A stretch of DNA of 64,000 bases from Amoebidium appalachense (lineage: Eukaryota > Protista > Ichthyosporea), in contig CAVNZM010000001.1 in the NCBI GenBank assembly GCA_963693365.1, forward strand, positions 18,586,783 through 18,650,782, in the 5' to 3' direction. The notes beneath the pieces were generated by a model that worked only from the letters and a program-made list of their open reading frames with translations, did not search any database and had not been told where the DNA came from. Numbering within the stretch: the stretch's first letter is position 1; the number at the start of each line of letters is the position of its first letter. Made by a program: the position numbers and the translations under genes. This document shows, piece by piece, positions 1 to 12,564 of the stretch.

Positions 1-347
1 GTGCGTCTAGCTATAGCTATGACGTAGCTGATGGTTGCGCAAGCGATGCCTAGCCTTGACCACGGCGTGTATGATCTTGCCGGACTGACATCATTGATGG
101 GGGGTTTATGCACTTTGTATTGCTGCGGACATCGTCAGGGGCCCAAAGACCAATGCACCCCTATCCGTGCAGGTCTATCCGTTCTCCTTTCCCCAATGAG
201 GCACAAAGCCTGGCAGACAATAGTAGGGCCGGCTGTAGGCCACTTACGTAAGCCAGCGAGTACAAAGCCTTGGAGACTACTCATGCAAGGAGTCCCTCCA
301 TCGGCGCCGACCCCCATCCCATCCCCCTCCCCCCCCCCCCCCCCCCC

Positions 348-378
<31 letters not shown>

Positions 379-1331
379 ACCCTCCCCCCTCCCTTCCCCG
401 CCTCCTCCCAAAACCTACCCGCTTTCCGTATGGTTCATCCTAAGCTGCGAAAAATGCTGTATCGTTGAGCAAAACTCTGCACACATGCATACACGAACAC
501 AAACTTGCGCACGCATACATGTACACACATGCACAACAAGCCAGCAGAGGGATGTAGCACATCGAGATCGCAAGCACACACCTGCACACAAAAACGCGTG
601 CGCACACACACACATGCACATTCTTTCGCTTTCGCACGACCATGGTCAAAATTCCCGGTCCCTGTGCTGAACTTCCGGCGTTACAGAGCGCGAGCCCTTA
701 CTCATTACTCACGCCGCCACGTTCGCGCTGTTCTGCTTGGCACAGTTGACAAGTATGTCAAGAGTGTGCCACAAATCACACGAGTGCGACGATTCATATT
801 TACGGGACGCTAATGCCCCACATGAGTCTAGGTATGAGCCTGTGAGACCGCATGTCCCATGGCGGACGTGCATGCGTGCCCATGCTTTGGTCGAGTCGAA
901 CCTGATGTTTTCCTCTTGCTCAACCTGAAAGCGTTTGGTTGAACATGCTTACATGGACCCTGACCGGCAAAAGAGGGTTTGTTGCAAGTAAAGTAAGTGA
1001 CCCCCTTAGGAAGACGTCACTGAGCTTCTAGGCTTTTGCACACTGATATGCCGCCACGCCGCCAGATAGATCCGAATATTAATGAACGCAGTTGCACTTG
1101 CTTTTCGAATGAACGCAGTTGCACAGGAGGTGTCTGGTGCCGTAAACTGAGGGCGTGCACGGAGTGGGAGGAACAAAAAAAAAAAAGTCCCCTCTCTCTG
1201 TCTCACTCCCGCCCAAACCTCTCCCTATCCCCATACTCCAACCCTACGTAGTATACCTCCCCCGCTTGGTTCAGCCTTGTGTGAGCGAGGAGCCACTGGG
1301 TCGGTATGATGTTCAGCTGATGCTGCGTAAA

Positions 1332-1367
1332 CCAATCAGATGTAGCATTGATGCGATTTCGCCCAAT
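1332..1367 (+). promoter_or_regulatory. Tandem CCAAT boxes upstream of MED6
   Basis: CCAATCA at 1332 and 1363, 31 bp apart, ~320-350 bp upstream of the MED6 ATG. CCAAT/ATTGG also occurs upstream of SURF4 (16800), the PP2C gene (28359, 28406), the membrane-protein gene (42529) and Hsp104 (50574). Confidence 0.4.
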
Positions 1368-1683
1368 CACAACTTAGACCTTTCGTAAGGCTTAGGCAGT
1401 CCGACAGAGCTATCTGCTATATCTCCTATTCTCTCTCAGTGCAGTGTGTTTTGCATTGCTGTGAACGATGAAGTGGACACTATTTAGTTTCTGTAGCCTT
1501 ATACCTATGGTTCAGTTAACACAGTTTAGAAGCAGGGCTTGTCATCTTGTTTCTGAAAAGTAGTCTTAAAAGGTGCAACGCTCACCATCTGGCAAGCCAC
1601 GGCCCTAAAGCGACACCTAATATTTACTAGTACCTTTGAGCTCAGGAGTAGAGTGATACTGTAAACGGGTTTCCAAGTGCAAA

Positions 1684-3302
1684 ATGGAGAAAGGGGACAT
1701 CGAGGAGGATAAGCTGCAAATCAGCTACCATGTACCAGACTTTGTAAGTGCCTGGTTGTAAAGGTGTTCGCTAAAATGATTTGTGAACGTTCATGCTTGA
1801 ACAGTTTTGGGTTGCTCCTCGGTGCTTTGCTCTTGACTCTTTCCCTCGCATAATCACGAGCGAATCCTCTTTTAGGTCCCAGGGCACCGAAAATCTTCGA
1901 GCTCTGCCTTCTGCCCATCCAAGCACACACCTTTTCCTCCACCCCCCTTCTCTCTTAACCCTGAAACTCACCCCCCTCCCTCCCTTCCCTCCTCCCCCGA
2001 CTCTTCACACCTACACCTTTCCATTTTCTTCTTGCCTTTTTATTTACTGTGTGTGTACCATCTGTTTTACTGTGAACTTTCACAACACTTCCAAGCCACT
2101 CTGACGGCCTCTCCATGTGTTTTGTTTTCTTGCTTAAAAGTCTTGGGAAGCCTTCTTGTTGTCACTATGTTACCCGTGACAGTAGCCACTCTCTCTCCCC
2201 CTCCCTCCCTCTTCCTTCCTCTTGCTTCTCCCCCTCGCCCCCCCTCCCCTCCCCTCCTACCGCTGCCACTCACCCTCGCCTTTCCCCCCTTCCCCCCCCC
2301 CCCCTCCCCCCTCCCCCCCTCTCTCTCTTTCCTTGGCCCCCCTTCTCTCCACACACCTCAACGCCACCTACAATGTTTCACCTTAAAGGAACTGTTGGTC
2401 TTGCCGTGATGTCCGGAGGGTGGCCCGTTGGAACTCCCCTCCCCCCCCCCCCCCCCCCCCCCCACCCTCCCCCCCCCCCCTCCCCCCCCCCACCCCTCCC
2501 CCCTCCCTCCCCCCTCCCCCCTTCCCCTCCCCCCTGATATCAGCACCGAACTAACTGCTGTCACTCTTTCTTACAACCTCTCCGGCTTCTACCACTTGTA
2601 GTGGTTGTATCACTACTGTGTCTATCTGAGCCTGCGCCTGTCCTTGCCGATTGTAATTGAGCTTGCATTTTCCGGAAGTGTTTTTTTTTTTGGCTGGGAG
2701 AATCTTGGCTTTCGGCCGCACCTGCATTGTAGGTGTTGTGTGCAGGGTAGAGAGCACACCTTCCTTGGCTCGGGCACGGTGCTTTATTAGTCGCAAAGAA
2801 GGCCAGGATGCTTGTATGCATTTCTTATTTAGAAAATTGCACTGTATGTCGACCACCAATTATACGGCTGACTGGCAATGGGCTAAAAGCCAACTCCCCC
2901 CTCCCCCTCCCCCTCCCCCTCTCCCGCTCCCCCCCCCCCCCCCCCCACCCACACACCCACACACCCACACACCCACACACACACCACCTCCCCCTTTCCT
3001 CCCCCTCCTGTCACCAGTGTTGAATGATATACATATGTCATTTCAGTGCACCACCACTGCTCTAACCTCTAATCGCGTGGTTTATTTTTCCAGCCCTACC
3101 CCGTGGAGCATCAGACAATAATGGAATACTTCTCTCGGTCACCGTTTTGGGACCGTGAGGAGAGCTGCAGCAATGCTACGTTCAAGATGCAGAACAACCT
3201 CATATTGATGCCCTTCCCCTCTGCAAAACAACCATGTAACTTACTCCCCATCCCCCCCTCCCCCCTCCCCCCCCCCCCCCCCCGCCCTCCCTCCGCCCCT
3301 CC

Positions 3303-3342
<40 letters not shown>

Positions 3343-3714
3343 AATAGCTCTCTCTTGCCCCAGTGGTGTCTGAAATGGGTTTTCAGCTTCAGGTGAACTG
3401 CTAGCATGTACATCTGTGCCTCTGCCCGTGGTGTGTGTGCTGAATGAATTTATAGGAAATGGCCCCCATTTAAGTTTCATGATGTAGAAAGTGACTGCGA
3501 TTTGAGTTGGGAGTCGCTTTCGAGCAGAACCGGGATAAATGTGGGATTCCATGGCAGGTTGAAAAATGGTGGGGCAAAGAAAAAATTTCTGTTTGGTTGA
3601 CTGTGTTGCCTTGCAGTTTACAAGGTCAGTGGCATCTATGAAGAGCCATTTCAGCCTGCCAACATGAAGTGAGTGACGTGTTTGTGTGTGTGGATGTGTT
3701 TGCATTGTGGTGCA

Positions 3715-3748
<34 letters not shown>

Positions 3749-3754
3749 CGTGTG

Positions 3755-3797
<43 letters not shown>

Positions 3798-4066
3798 ATG
3801 TGGGTGGGTGGGTGGGGGGAGATGTCTGTGTGGGTGGGTGGGTGGGTTGGTGGGTGGGTGGATTGGGGGGGAAGAGGGGGGGGGGGAGAGGGGGGGAGGA
3901 GGATGTAGCTGGGTGTGTGTTTGTCTCCCCCTCTCTGTGTGTGCCTGTGTGTTTTTTTCCTTATCAGTTGTGTACCTGGGTGTGTGTACGTGTTCGTATG
4001 TTTCCTTGCCTGTGCAGTAGCCTTGATCGTGTTGTTTGTGTAAATGTTTGTGCACCGAGTTCTTCA

Positions 4067-4113
<47 letters not shown>

Positions 4114-4761
4114 CACGTCCTCCCCTTCCGCTGCCACCGCCACATGCATTCGTGCGCACGAACCCTTGTTAAGAGCATTGACCTGTATGAATGTTGTTTC
4201 ACCGTGAGGTGGATTGGTATCGCACGATTTTTTTTTGGGTTGAATTACTAATGTTTAAATTTGACTGGGGCAGAAACCAACCGGACGTATTGGAATACGA
4301 TGTGTTGGAGCCGGTGGAGAACGGAAACATGGAACCGATATGGGTGATAGTCAAGCAGAGGAGAGAGGACAAGGAGAATGGTGCGTTTTTTATTTTATTT
4401 TATTTATTTATTTTTTTTTTTGGGGGGGGGGGGGGGAGGTTTGGGGGGGGGGAGGGGGGGGGACAAGGGTTGGGAGGGGGAGTGGAGAGGAGAGGAGGAG
4501 GGAGGGAGGGAGAGAGGGAGGGGTGTATGGAAGGAAGAGGAGGGCTTTGCGGGGAGAGGATGTGTGTGTGTGTGTGTGTGTGTTAAGGCGTTTGTGTGTT
4601 GGGGGGGAGGGAGGGGGAGGAGGAGGGGAGGAGGGGATGATGGTCCGTAGTGTTGGTTTGGGTGGAGACAGTATGTTCTGTTGCAGGGCAAATAGCTTAT
4701 GCTGGAGCAGCAAGCGATGGTTTTTTTATTTAATTTTTATTTATTTTTTTTATATTTTTTT

Positions 4762-4797
<36 letters not shown>

Positions 4798-4875
4798 GGG
4801 GGAGTAGCTGTAACGAAGATATGTGCTTATGTGTTGGGAGGGAAACAAGATATAAAGGAAAGCACCTCCTCTCTC

Positions 4876-4914
<39 letters not shown>

Positions 4915-4983
4915 CCCCCCGGTGTTTGTGTGCATCATGTGTGTCAGTGTGGGTGTGTGTGTGTTGGTTGGTTGGTTGGTTGG

Positions 4984-5023
<40 letters not shown>

Positions 5024-5149
5024 CTGTGCTGGAAGGAAGCAAGGCCGGGGCTGGAAAGATGGTAGAGCCCGAGTACAGAAGATCCTTTTTGGGCGCTGGG
5101 TTGTGGGTGGGTGGGTGGGTGGGTGGGTGGGTGGGTGGGTGGGTGGGTG

Positions 5150-5204
<55 letters not shown>

Positions 5205-5646
5205 ACACACACACACACACACACGTGGCGCCCGCGTGCACACAGGTGGCGCACGCATGTATGTGTGTATATCGGGAGTTTTTTTTTTTTTTTCTTTTTT
5301 TTTTTCTTGGGGGGGGGGGGGGGGGGGGGGGGGGGGATGTGTAAAGGAACAGGACCTTAAGCGTAGCTAGCTAAAACAGAGGGGGAAAGAACTTTGTAAG
5401 ATGTGTTGGTGGTTGCTCATATCACCCCTTCAGTTGTGTCCGAGGCCTACTTCTACATCATTAATCGCACCATCTACCAGGCACCGGATATGGCCTCCGT
5501 GCTCAACTCACGCATGGTACTGTAACCTGTCCTTATTACCCCGCCCCCCTCCCCTCCCCCCACCCTTCCCCCTTCCCCTCCTCCCCGTCGGGTGCCCAAA
5601 GAACCGAACGAGCATACAAACGCTCACAGGCACCCACCCACACACA

Positions 5647-5685
<39 letters not shown>

Positions 5686-5810
5686 CACACGCGCGCACAC
5701 ACACACACACATGCAGGCACCTACAAACACGAACACGTTTCTTTTTTTACCAAAATCAAGCCGTCGTTTAATTTAGTCAGATTCCTTGTAGCTATCCCTG
5801 ACCGTACATT

Positions 5811-5849
<39 letters not shown>

Positions 5850-5900
5850 GCCGTCGTTTAATTTAGTCAGATTCCTTGTAGCTATCCCTGACCGTACATT

Positions 5901-5934
<34 letters not shown>

Positions 5935-6370
5935 TGGCGCCACCCCGCCCCGCTGCCTCCGGCAGCCTTCATTTCCATATGCACACACGACCTTCCCTTA
6001 ATGTATGCCACCCACACATTCTGCACCTCCACTTCACCCCTCCCCCCCCCCCTGCGCACACACACACACACACACATTATCCATTTTCCCAGTTCTTTGC
6101 GTCCCCCGTTTATTCGTTTGCGCATCTACCTTTCCACTTGCGTTTATTTACCTTCCCCCGCGCTTCCCCCCTCGCATTTTTTCATTTTCCCAGGTTGCTT
6201 TCCGTTCATGTTTGTTCATTTTCCTGCTTTTCCCCTATACAGCTCAACATGCTGTTCAATGTACAAGAGGCCTTTGAGGAGGTGCAAAAATTCAAAGAGT
6301 TCTATCCCAGCAAAGGGTATGCTTGGAAACCACTGGAGGGTGAGAAGAAGGAAGGTGGGTGGGTGCGCAT

Positions 6371-6407
<37 letters not shown>

Positions 6408-6853
6408 GTGGGGGGAGGGGAGGGGGGGGGGGTGGGGTGGGGAGGAGCGGAGGGAGGGGGGAGGGAGGGGGGGGGGTGGGGGGGGGGGGGGGGGGGGGGG
6501 ATATACAAGGTTTGTATCGTCTTGTTTTTGTCTTGTTTTCTTGTGTGTCCTGGGCAACACTAACAGGGCAAGGAGTAATGAACGATTCAGGGGCTTGAGG
6601 AGGTGCAGGGGCAAATAGTATGAGCTATCGTTTGTCTTGTGAAGATGAATGTAGATAGGTATGAAAAAGTGCTCGTTGTCTCAGTGCAAACGGGCAACGG
6701 GCATGGGAGTACGCACGTTTCCACGTCTCCACATTTCCACCTTGCCACCAAAGTCACCACTCACAGCGCAATTTTATATTAGTCACCTCCGCTTAATCGT
6801 ATTCAATATTCCATGCACCAAAACATTTTACGAATACAAGATGCCCCCCCCCC

Positions 6854-6937
<84 letters not shown>

Positions 6938-7469
6938 ACCACCATTACCGCCCCCGCCGCCACACGTACACACACATACACATACATACACGCGTATACA
7001 CATCCATACCCAAAAAAAAGAATAAAAAGAAGGAAAAGAAAAAGAAAAAAAAAAAAGAAAAGGGAGAAATCGACTGACCGTATGTACTATGTGCAGGCCC
7101 AGGCAGGGAGGACAAGGGCAAGCAGGAGACGGTTTCCTCACGGGCACTATCCCACGAACTCAACAACCTCTTTAACATCACATTTCACAAATACCTGCCC
7201 CCAGGCATGGGTATGCTCCTTCCTTCCCCCCCCCCCCCCCCCCCCCCCCGACTCAGACGCAATTGATGACTTGGGTCCTCCCTGAGGATGGGCTCTGCTT
7301 ATGACGCATACTGTGCACATGGCTGATGTTGCATACTTGAATGTTTGCCTTTGCATGTGTCCTGCACCATGCTTCTCGTCGTGTATGCGTACTTTGTACC
7401 GTGTTCCGCATTCAAACCCCCCCCCCCCCCCCCCCCCCACCCCACCCCACCCCACCCCTCTCTCCCCCC

Positions 7470-7500
<31 letters not shown>

Positions 7501-8020
7501 CTCCCCGCGTTCCATGAATAAAGTGTGGGCGGGCAAGCAGAAAGTGTTGGTGATGGTGGGTTTTTTTCTTTCTTTCTTTCCTTCTTCTTCTTCTTCTTTT
7601 TTTTTTTAAATGGTGGTGGTGGTGTTGGGGGGGGTGGGGGGGGGGGGGGGGGGGGGGGGGGTCTGCTGTCTAGATTATGATTGAGAGAAATGTTGTCGGG
7701 AAAAGCAATGAAGGACAGGGAGGGGATCCGGACGGCAATTTTGCAGATAGCCCCAACCTTCCCCCCTCTCCCCCTGCCGTGCCTTTCTTCCCCTCCCATC
7801 CTCTCCACCTCCTCACCCCTTCTTCCCGTACATGCTGCCACACCCACACCCTTTCCTCTCTCCTACGTCGCCGGACGTATCCTGTATCTCACAAGGTCGC
7901 ATCTCACAGCCCACCTGGCACCACCACCCCCGGCAACCCCCGCTGCCCCTCCCTCCCAGCCCTCTACCCCGGCCCCTGCACGGGATGACGAGGTGTGTGG
8001 GTTTGCACGTGGGTTGGGAG

Positions 8021-8091
<71 letters not shown>

Positions 8092-8103
8092 TGTGCGCGC
8101 GTG

Positions 8104-8148
<45 letters not shown>

Positions 8149-8467
8149 GGTGCGGTAAATTGTGTGTGGGTGTTTGTGTGGGCGTGTTTGTGGGGGGGGT
8201 GGGGGATACCACACGGCAAGCTAAAGTAGATGCCTCATTACTCAGGGTTGACTGTACACATAGCAGCTTATTGTGTTGGTTTTTGGCTGGCTTGTGCAAT
8301 CATATTGCATCAATCGGTTCCTTATAACTGATTCCTCTCCCCACCTCCCCCCCCCCCCCCCCCCCCCCCGCCCCCTCTCGCCTTAATTCCTGTCCCTTGC
8401 ACATAGACAGGTGTGAATATCAGCACACATAGCTCATTCGCAAGCACGCACACGCACACACGCACAC

Positions 8468-8520
<53 letters not shown>

Positions 8521-8863
8521 ACACACATACACACACTTGCTCTTTGTCATACCGGGACCTTCACCTTCATCGGGCATGTGCTGATTGATCCAACAGCCGG
8601 ACGCCGAAGGTAAGGCAATATGCTCTTGCCGTGGGCTTACTACGAACAGAAGATCACTAGAGAGCCCCAATACATTCACATTCACTTTGTTTGTGCGTGT
8701 GTGGATGCCCACCCGTGCGGGGGGGGGGGGGGGGGAGGGGGGGGGGGGGGGGGGGGGGCTGCTGATGTGCTTTCTTGTGTTGTGTAAGGGAAGGCCGTGG
8801 GATGAAGGAGTTATTATTAATATTTTTTTTTGTGTGTGTGTGTTGGGGGGGGGAGGAGGAGGA

Positions 8864-8902
<39 letters not shown>

Positions 8903-9018
8903 CGGGGTAGGTCTTAAATGTAAACCAAGATAATCTGATAAAAGTAACCACCCCCCTTTCCCTCCCTGATCCCCCTCCCTCCCACTTCATCCTCCTCTAC
9001 TTTTCAAAAGGGTCCAAA

Positions 9019-9056
<38 letters not shown>

Positions 9057-9700
9057 CTTTACTTCCATGCAACCGGGCATGGTTGCTCTGTGTCGTGCAT
9101 CTGTAAGCACATACGCATTTTTCGCTGCACTGCATTAGTTTGCACACACATATTCGCCGTTTTGCTCACCTTGCTTGCATAAGCAACCCTGCTCGTCTTT
9201 GATCAAGACGGGTTGACCCTCCCAAGTTCAGTTGATGCTGCTGTCTGAGTTGGAGAGTCGTATATGCGCGGGCTAAGGGGTCGAAACTCAGACGCAATTG
9301 ATGACTTGGGCCCTCCCTGAGGATGGGCTCTGCTTATGACGCATACTGTGCGTATTGCTGATGTTGCATACTTGAATGTTTGCCTTTGCATGTGTCCTTC
9401 GCGTATGCGTACTTCGTACCGTGTTCCGCATTCAAACCCCCCCTCCCCCCCCCCCCCCCCCCCCCGCCCTTCCCCCTCAAATTAGATAAACAAACAAACA
9501 AACAGACCATTAAAAACATACATACCAACATGCTATATATTCGGCACCATCGTTTCATGCGCCGCCGCACCTACCCACACATCCAAATACCACAAACACT
9601 CCCCCCAGTACTCAAGTTGCCCGTTGAGATACTTTAACAACCCCAAGCCAGATATCATTTCTGTCCTCCTTCCCATGTTTCCTCTCAGTGTTCCTCAATA

Positions 9701-9736
<36 letters not shown>

Positions 9737-9987
9737 AACACACACGAACACGTAACGCATTCGAATGTCGCACATTCTAACCCCCCCCCCCCCCCTCCCC
9801 CCCCCCCCCCCCCCCCCAAAACACACACACACACACACACACACCACCACCACCTCCTCCACCACCCTCCGTTTTCTTTTTGCCTTCTCTCCTCTCTGGC
9901 TATCAACTGACACACAATGACCCACACACAGGCCTTAAAAGGACTAGCTCCGGTATTGTGCCGCCGGCAAAGCGCATGCGCCCATAG
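1684..9987 (+). CDS. MED6: Mediator complex subunit 6, 11 exons, ~268 aa
   Basis: Exons 1684-1743, 3094-3235, 3364-3392, 3617-3624, 4274-4380, 5434-5516, 6243-6354, 7097-7210, 7910-7992, 8597-8609, 9932-9987; all GT-AG and phase-consistent. Med6 motifs: [67 protein letters not shown]-terminal PPAKRMRP. The 29-, 8- and 13-nt exons are inferred from phase closure. Confidence 0.93.
5757..5934 (+). repeat. Tandem duplication, 90-bp period (57-bp unique core plus poly-C) in MED6 intron 6
   Basis: CAAGCCGTCGTTTAATTTAGTCAGATTCCTTGTAGCTATCCCTGACCGTACATTAGT is identical at 5757 and 5847, each copy followed by a C run. Confidence 0.95.
7251..7416 (+). mobile_element. Dispersed structured element, copy A (5'-truncated, subfamily 1), between two poly-C runs
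   Basis: ACTCAGACGCAATTGATGACTTGGG...CTGAGGATGGGCTCTGCTTATG...GTTCCGCATTCAAA-C(n) matches 9286-9436. Confidence 0.85.
9169..9436 (+). mobile_element. Dispersed structured element, copy B (apparently full length, subfamily 1)
   Basis: Starts CCTTGCTTGCATAAGCAACCCTGCTCGTC, the same 5' end as copies D and E, and ends GCATTCAAA followed by poly-C. Confidence 0.85.
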
Positions 9988-10691
9988 TCAACAATATTGG
10001 GTGATGTTGATGGATGCATGAAGGAAGGGGTGGGAAGTTGTTTACACGCGTATGTGCATTTGGATATTTGGTTTGTGGGTGGCATCGGTACTGGTGAACG
10101 TGCCACGTATGTCTAAAGAGCCTGTCATAGGGTTTGCATATAATCCTGCACTGTGGTTTGTGCATTTGGATTGGACAAGACACGTGTATTTCCACCGTAT
10201 GATACCAATACTGCCAAACATTTACCCCCCCCCCCCCCCCCCCCCCTCCCCTCTCCCCCCTCCTCGAGCTCTTGCTACATCAATAAGGCTAGAGGCACAC
10301 AGGCACACAATACACCACATGAACATGCGGAAAAAACAAACAAACAAGCATTTCAAAGTTACATGCCCGCTTTTCTTTATTGTACAAATAATCATGCACG
10401 AAGATTTCATTGACTGTGCGCTTAGCACGCAGACAACCCGGCTTCGAATTAATTGATGGCATTGTGCTGTTCTGATATTATCTATCGGTTCCTTATGTCG
10501 TAGTGTCTTTTTTTGGTATAATTTCTCGAAGGTGTTAATAGTGGGGATCGGGCTGTCCGAATGACTGGTTTTTTTCTCCCTTTGGAGTTGGTATGTACAT
10601 AGATATAAACTGGACCAGGTGTCTGAGTGATCATTGAAAAAAGCGGGAATATGAGTAAACATCTGTAGAGCTTTAATAAACTGCATGGCTC

Positions 10692-10771
<80 letters not shown>

Positions 10772-10944
10772 TTTGTTTTTTTTTTTGGTAAGTGAGCCCG
10801 GAATAGACATATTGGGTGGGGTGGGGTGGGGTATGGGGGGGGGGGGTGTTGGTGACTGAGACATGCACTCATCGTGGGGAGGGGCCAGGGACCCACTTGG
10901 GATGTGGTTGGTGGCGTCTGTGCGTCTGTGATTGTGTGTGTTGC

Positions 10945-11049
<105 letters not shown>

Positions 11050-12039
11050 CGTGTGTGTGCTGCCGTAATCTTGTGTGTGTGTGTGTGTATGCGTGTGTGT
11101 GTGTGTGTGTGTGTACTGTGTCTAAGTCTGTGTTAGGAGGGAGGGATAGAAGGCCTTCACAGGAGTGCCCGGGGGGGGGGGGGCTTGGGGTACAGCGAGG
11201 CAAAGCCAATAGTAACATGATGGCTTTCGAAGTAGTCTATCACCAGGCCATCACCTATCACACAAAAACTGCCCCCCCGTTGAACGTCGTTACATCACAG
11301 TGTTGATGCACATGTTAGTTGTTATATCATTTCCAAGAAATGCATCGCACACTGAAAGTGTACCTGTGCAAAAATAAACAAAATTACGCTGCCTAGTAGA
11401 TTTTTACCAGATGATGCAACGCACACCGTGAAAATACACCGGGCATGCCCATGGATCGATGGCCCTTTGTCAGCAACCCATCACAAGATCCCATCACGCA
11501 ACGTGACCGCACTTAGTAACTTGCGATCCATCCTTCAGCAAATTCGTACCCGTGCCTGTTATTGGAAGGAATGCGTGGCAACAACCTTGATCATAAAGGG
11601 CGCCGGATTAGAGTTCAACATGATTATGTTTTGACATTGTGTGGTACGGTGTTTTAGGACACGGTGCCATCGGATCACAACTCGCTGCTGGCTGCCACGC
11701 GCCCCCTACATAGAGATGCCAGAGCGAATAGGGCATGTGATCAAACAATGGGCAGGCACAAGCAGTAACTCAGGATTTCTCAGGTATTATTGTATTTAGG
11801 TGAGTTCTGGAATTTGTGCCCGCCATGCTTTGTGAAATGAAAAAAAAACATGACCAACGCAAAAAACAGGCTCTCCCCTGACGTTTCAACTGATGCGGTG
11901 TGTTGAAAAGTCGCGTGGTGCGCCGGTGTAAAAGGGGGGTTTATGCACTCGGGCCCAGCCTCACTTGACGTCGCGGCCTACTGCGTTTCCAGCGCAGCCA
12001 ATCAAATGCAGCCAGATATTGCCAAATATGGCACTCGCA

Positions 12040-12413
12040 AGTGTATAACACCTAAATACATATTACCTTCCTGTAGAACTGGTCTTTCTCTAGCTGATGG
12101 TATTATTGATCAATTACCACGCTTTTACTGTACACGTGCTATACAGTGGAGATCTAATAAGTATAAGGTGGCATCATTTGCATGCCCAAACAACACACAC
12201 ACACACCAGTTTAACCGGTCATGTATCGCCAAATGTAGTTTGATAGACCACATAATACCGCAACACACACACGTCACATTCACAACAGACACCCAGAAAG
12301 ATAGCCTACCTGTAAATTACAACATCCTTGATTTTATACTAAACACGCGTAACTACGACCTGTTTATTAGATGTATTGATTGGCTTGAGAAACACATCAC
12401 TACAAAATTATAG
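12040..12413 (+). mobile_element. 3' remnant of a non-LTR retrotransposon ORF2 (post-RT Cys/His domain), followed by (CA)n
   Basis: ILPSCRTGLSLADGIIDQLPRFYCTRAIQWRSNKY..CP..FNRSCIAKC..NYNILDFILN.RNYDLF resembles the C-terminus of fungal/protist L1-like elements (..WR..C..FNR.H..C..ILD.LLN). The same motif pattern appears at 16452 and 61424. Confidence 0.6.
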
Positions 12414-12434
12414 CGCACGCGCACACACACACAC

Positions 12435-12495
<61 letters not shown>

Positions 12496-12528
12496 CCAGC
12501 TGATACCGAGTGTCCCGAGGGGAGCCCC

Positions 12529-12564
<36 letters not shown>

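Noticed and set aside
9178-9200. Telomerase-RNA-like arrangement (enclosing helix, AACCCT, pseudoknot)
   Set aside because: The putative template is only about one repeat long with no alignment region, and the element is multicopy and truncated; the resemblance is superficial.
9243-9330. Hammerhead ribozyme in the dispersed element (GAAAC, CTGAGGA, GTT site)
   Set aside because: Stem II cannot form between the bases after CTGAGGA (TGGG) and before GAAA (GGTC), and copy E has lost the T of CTGA; not a canonical hammerhead.
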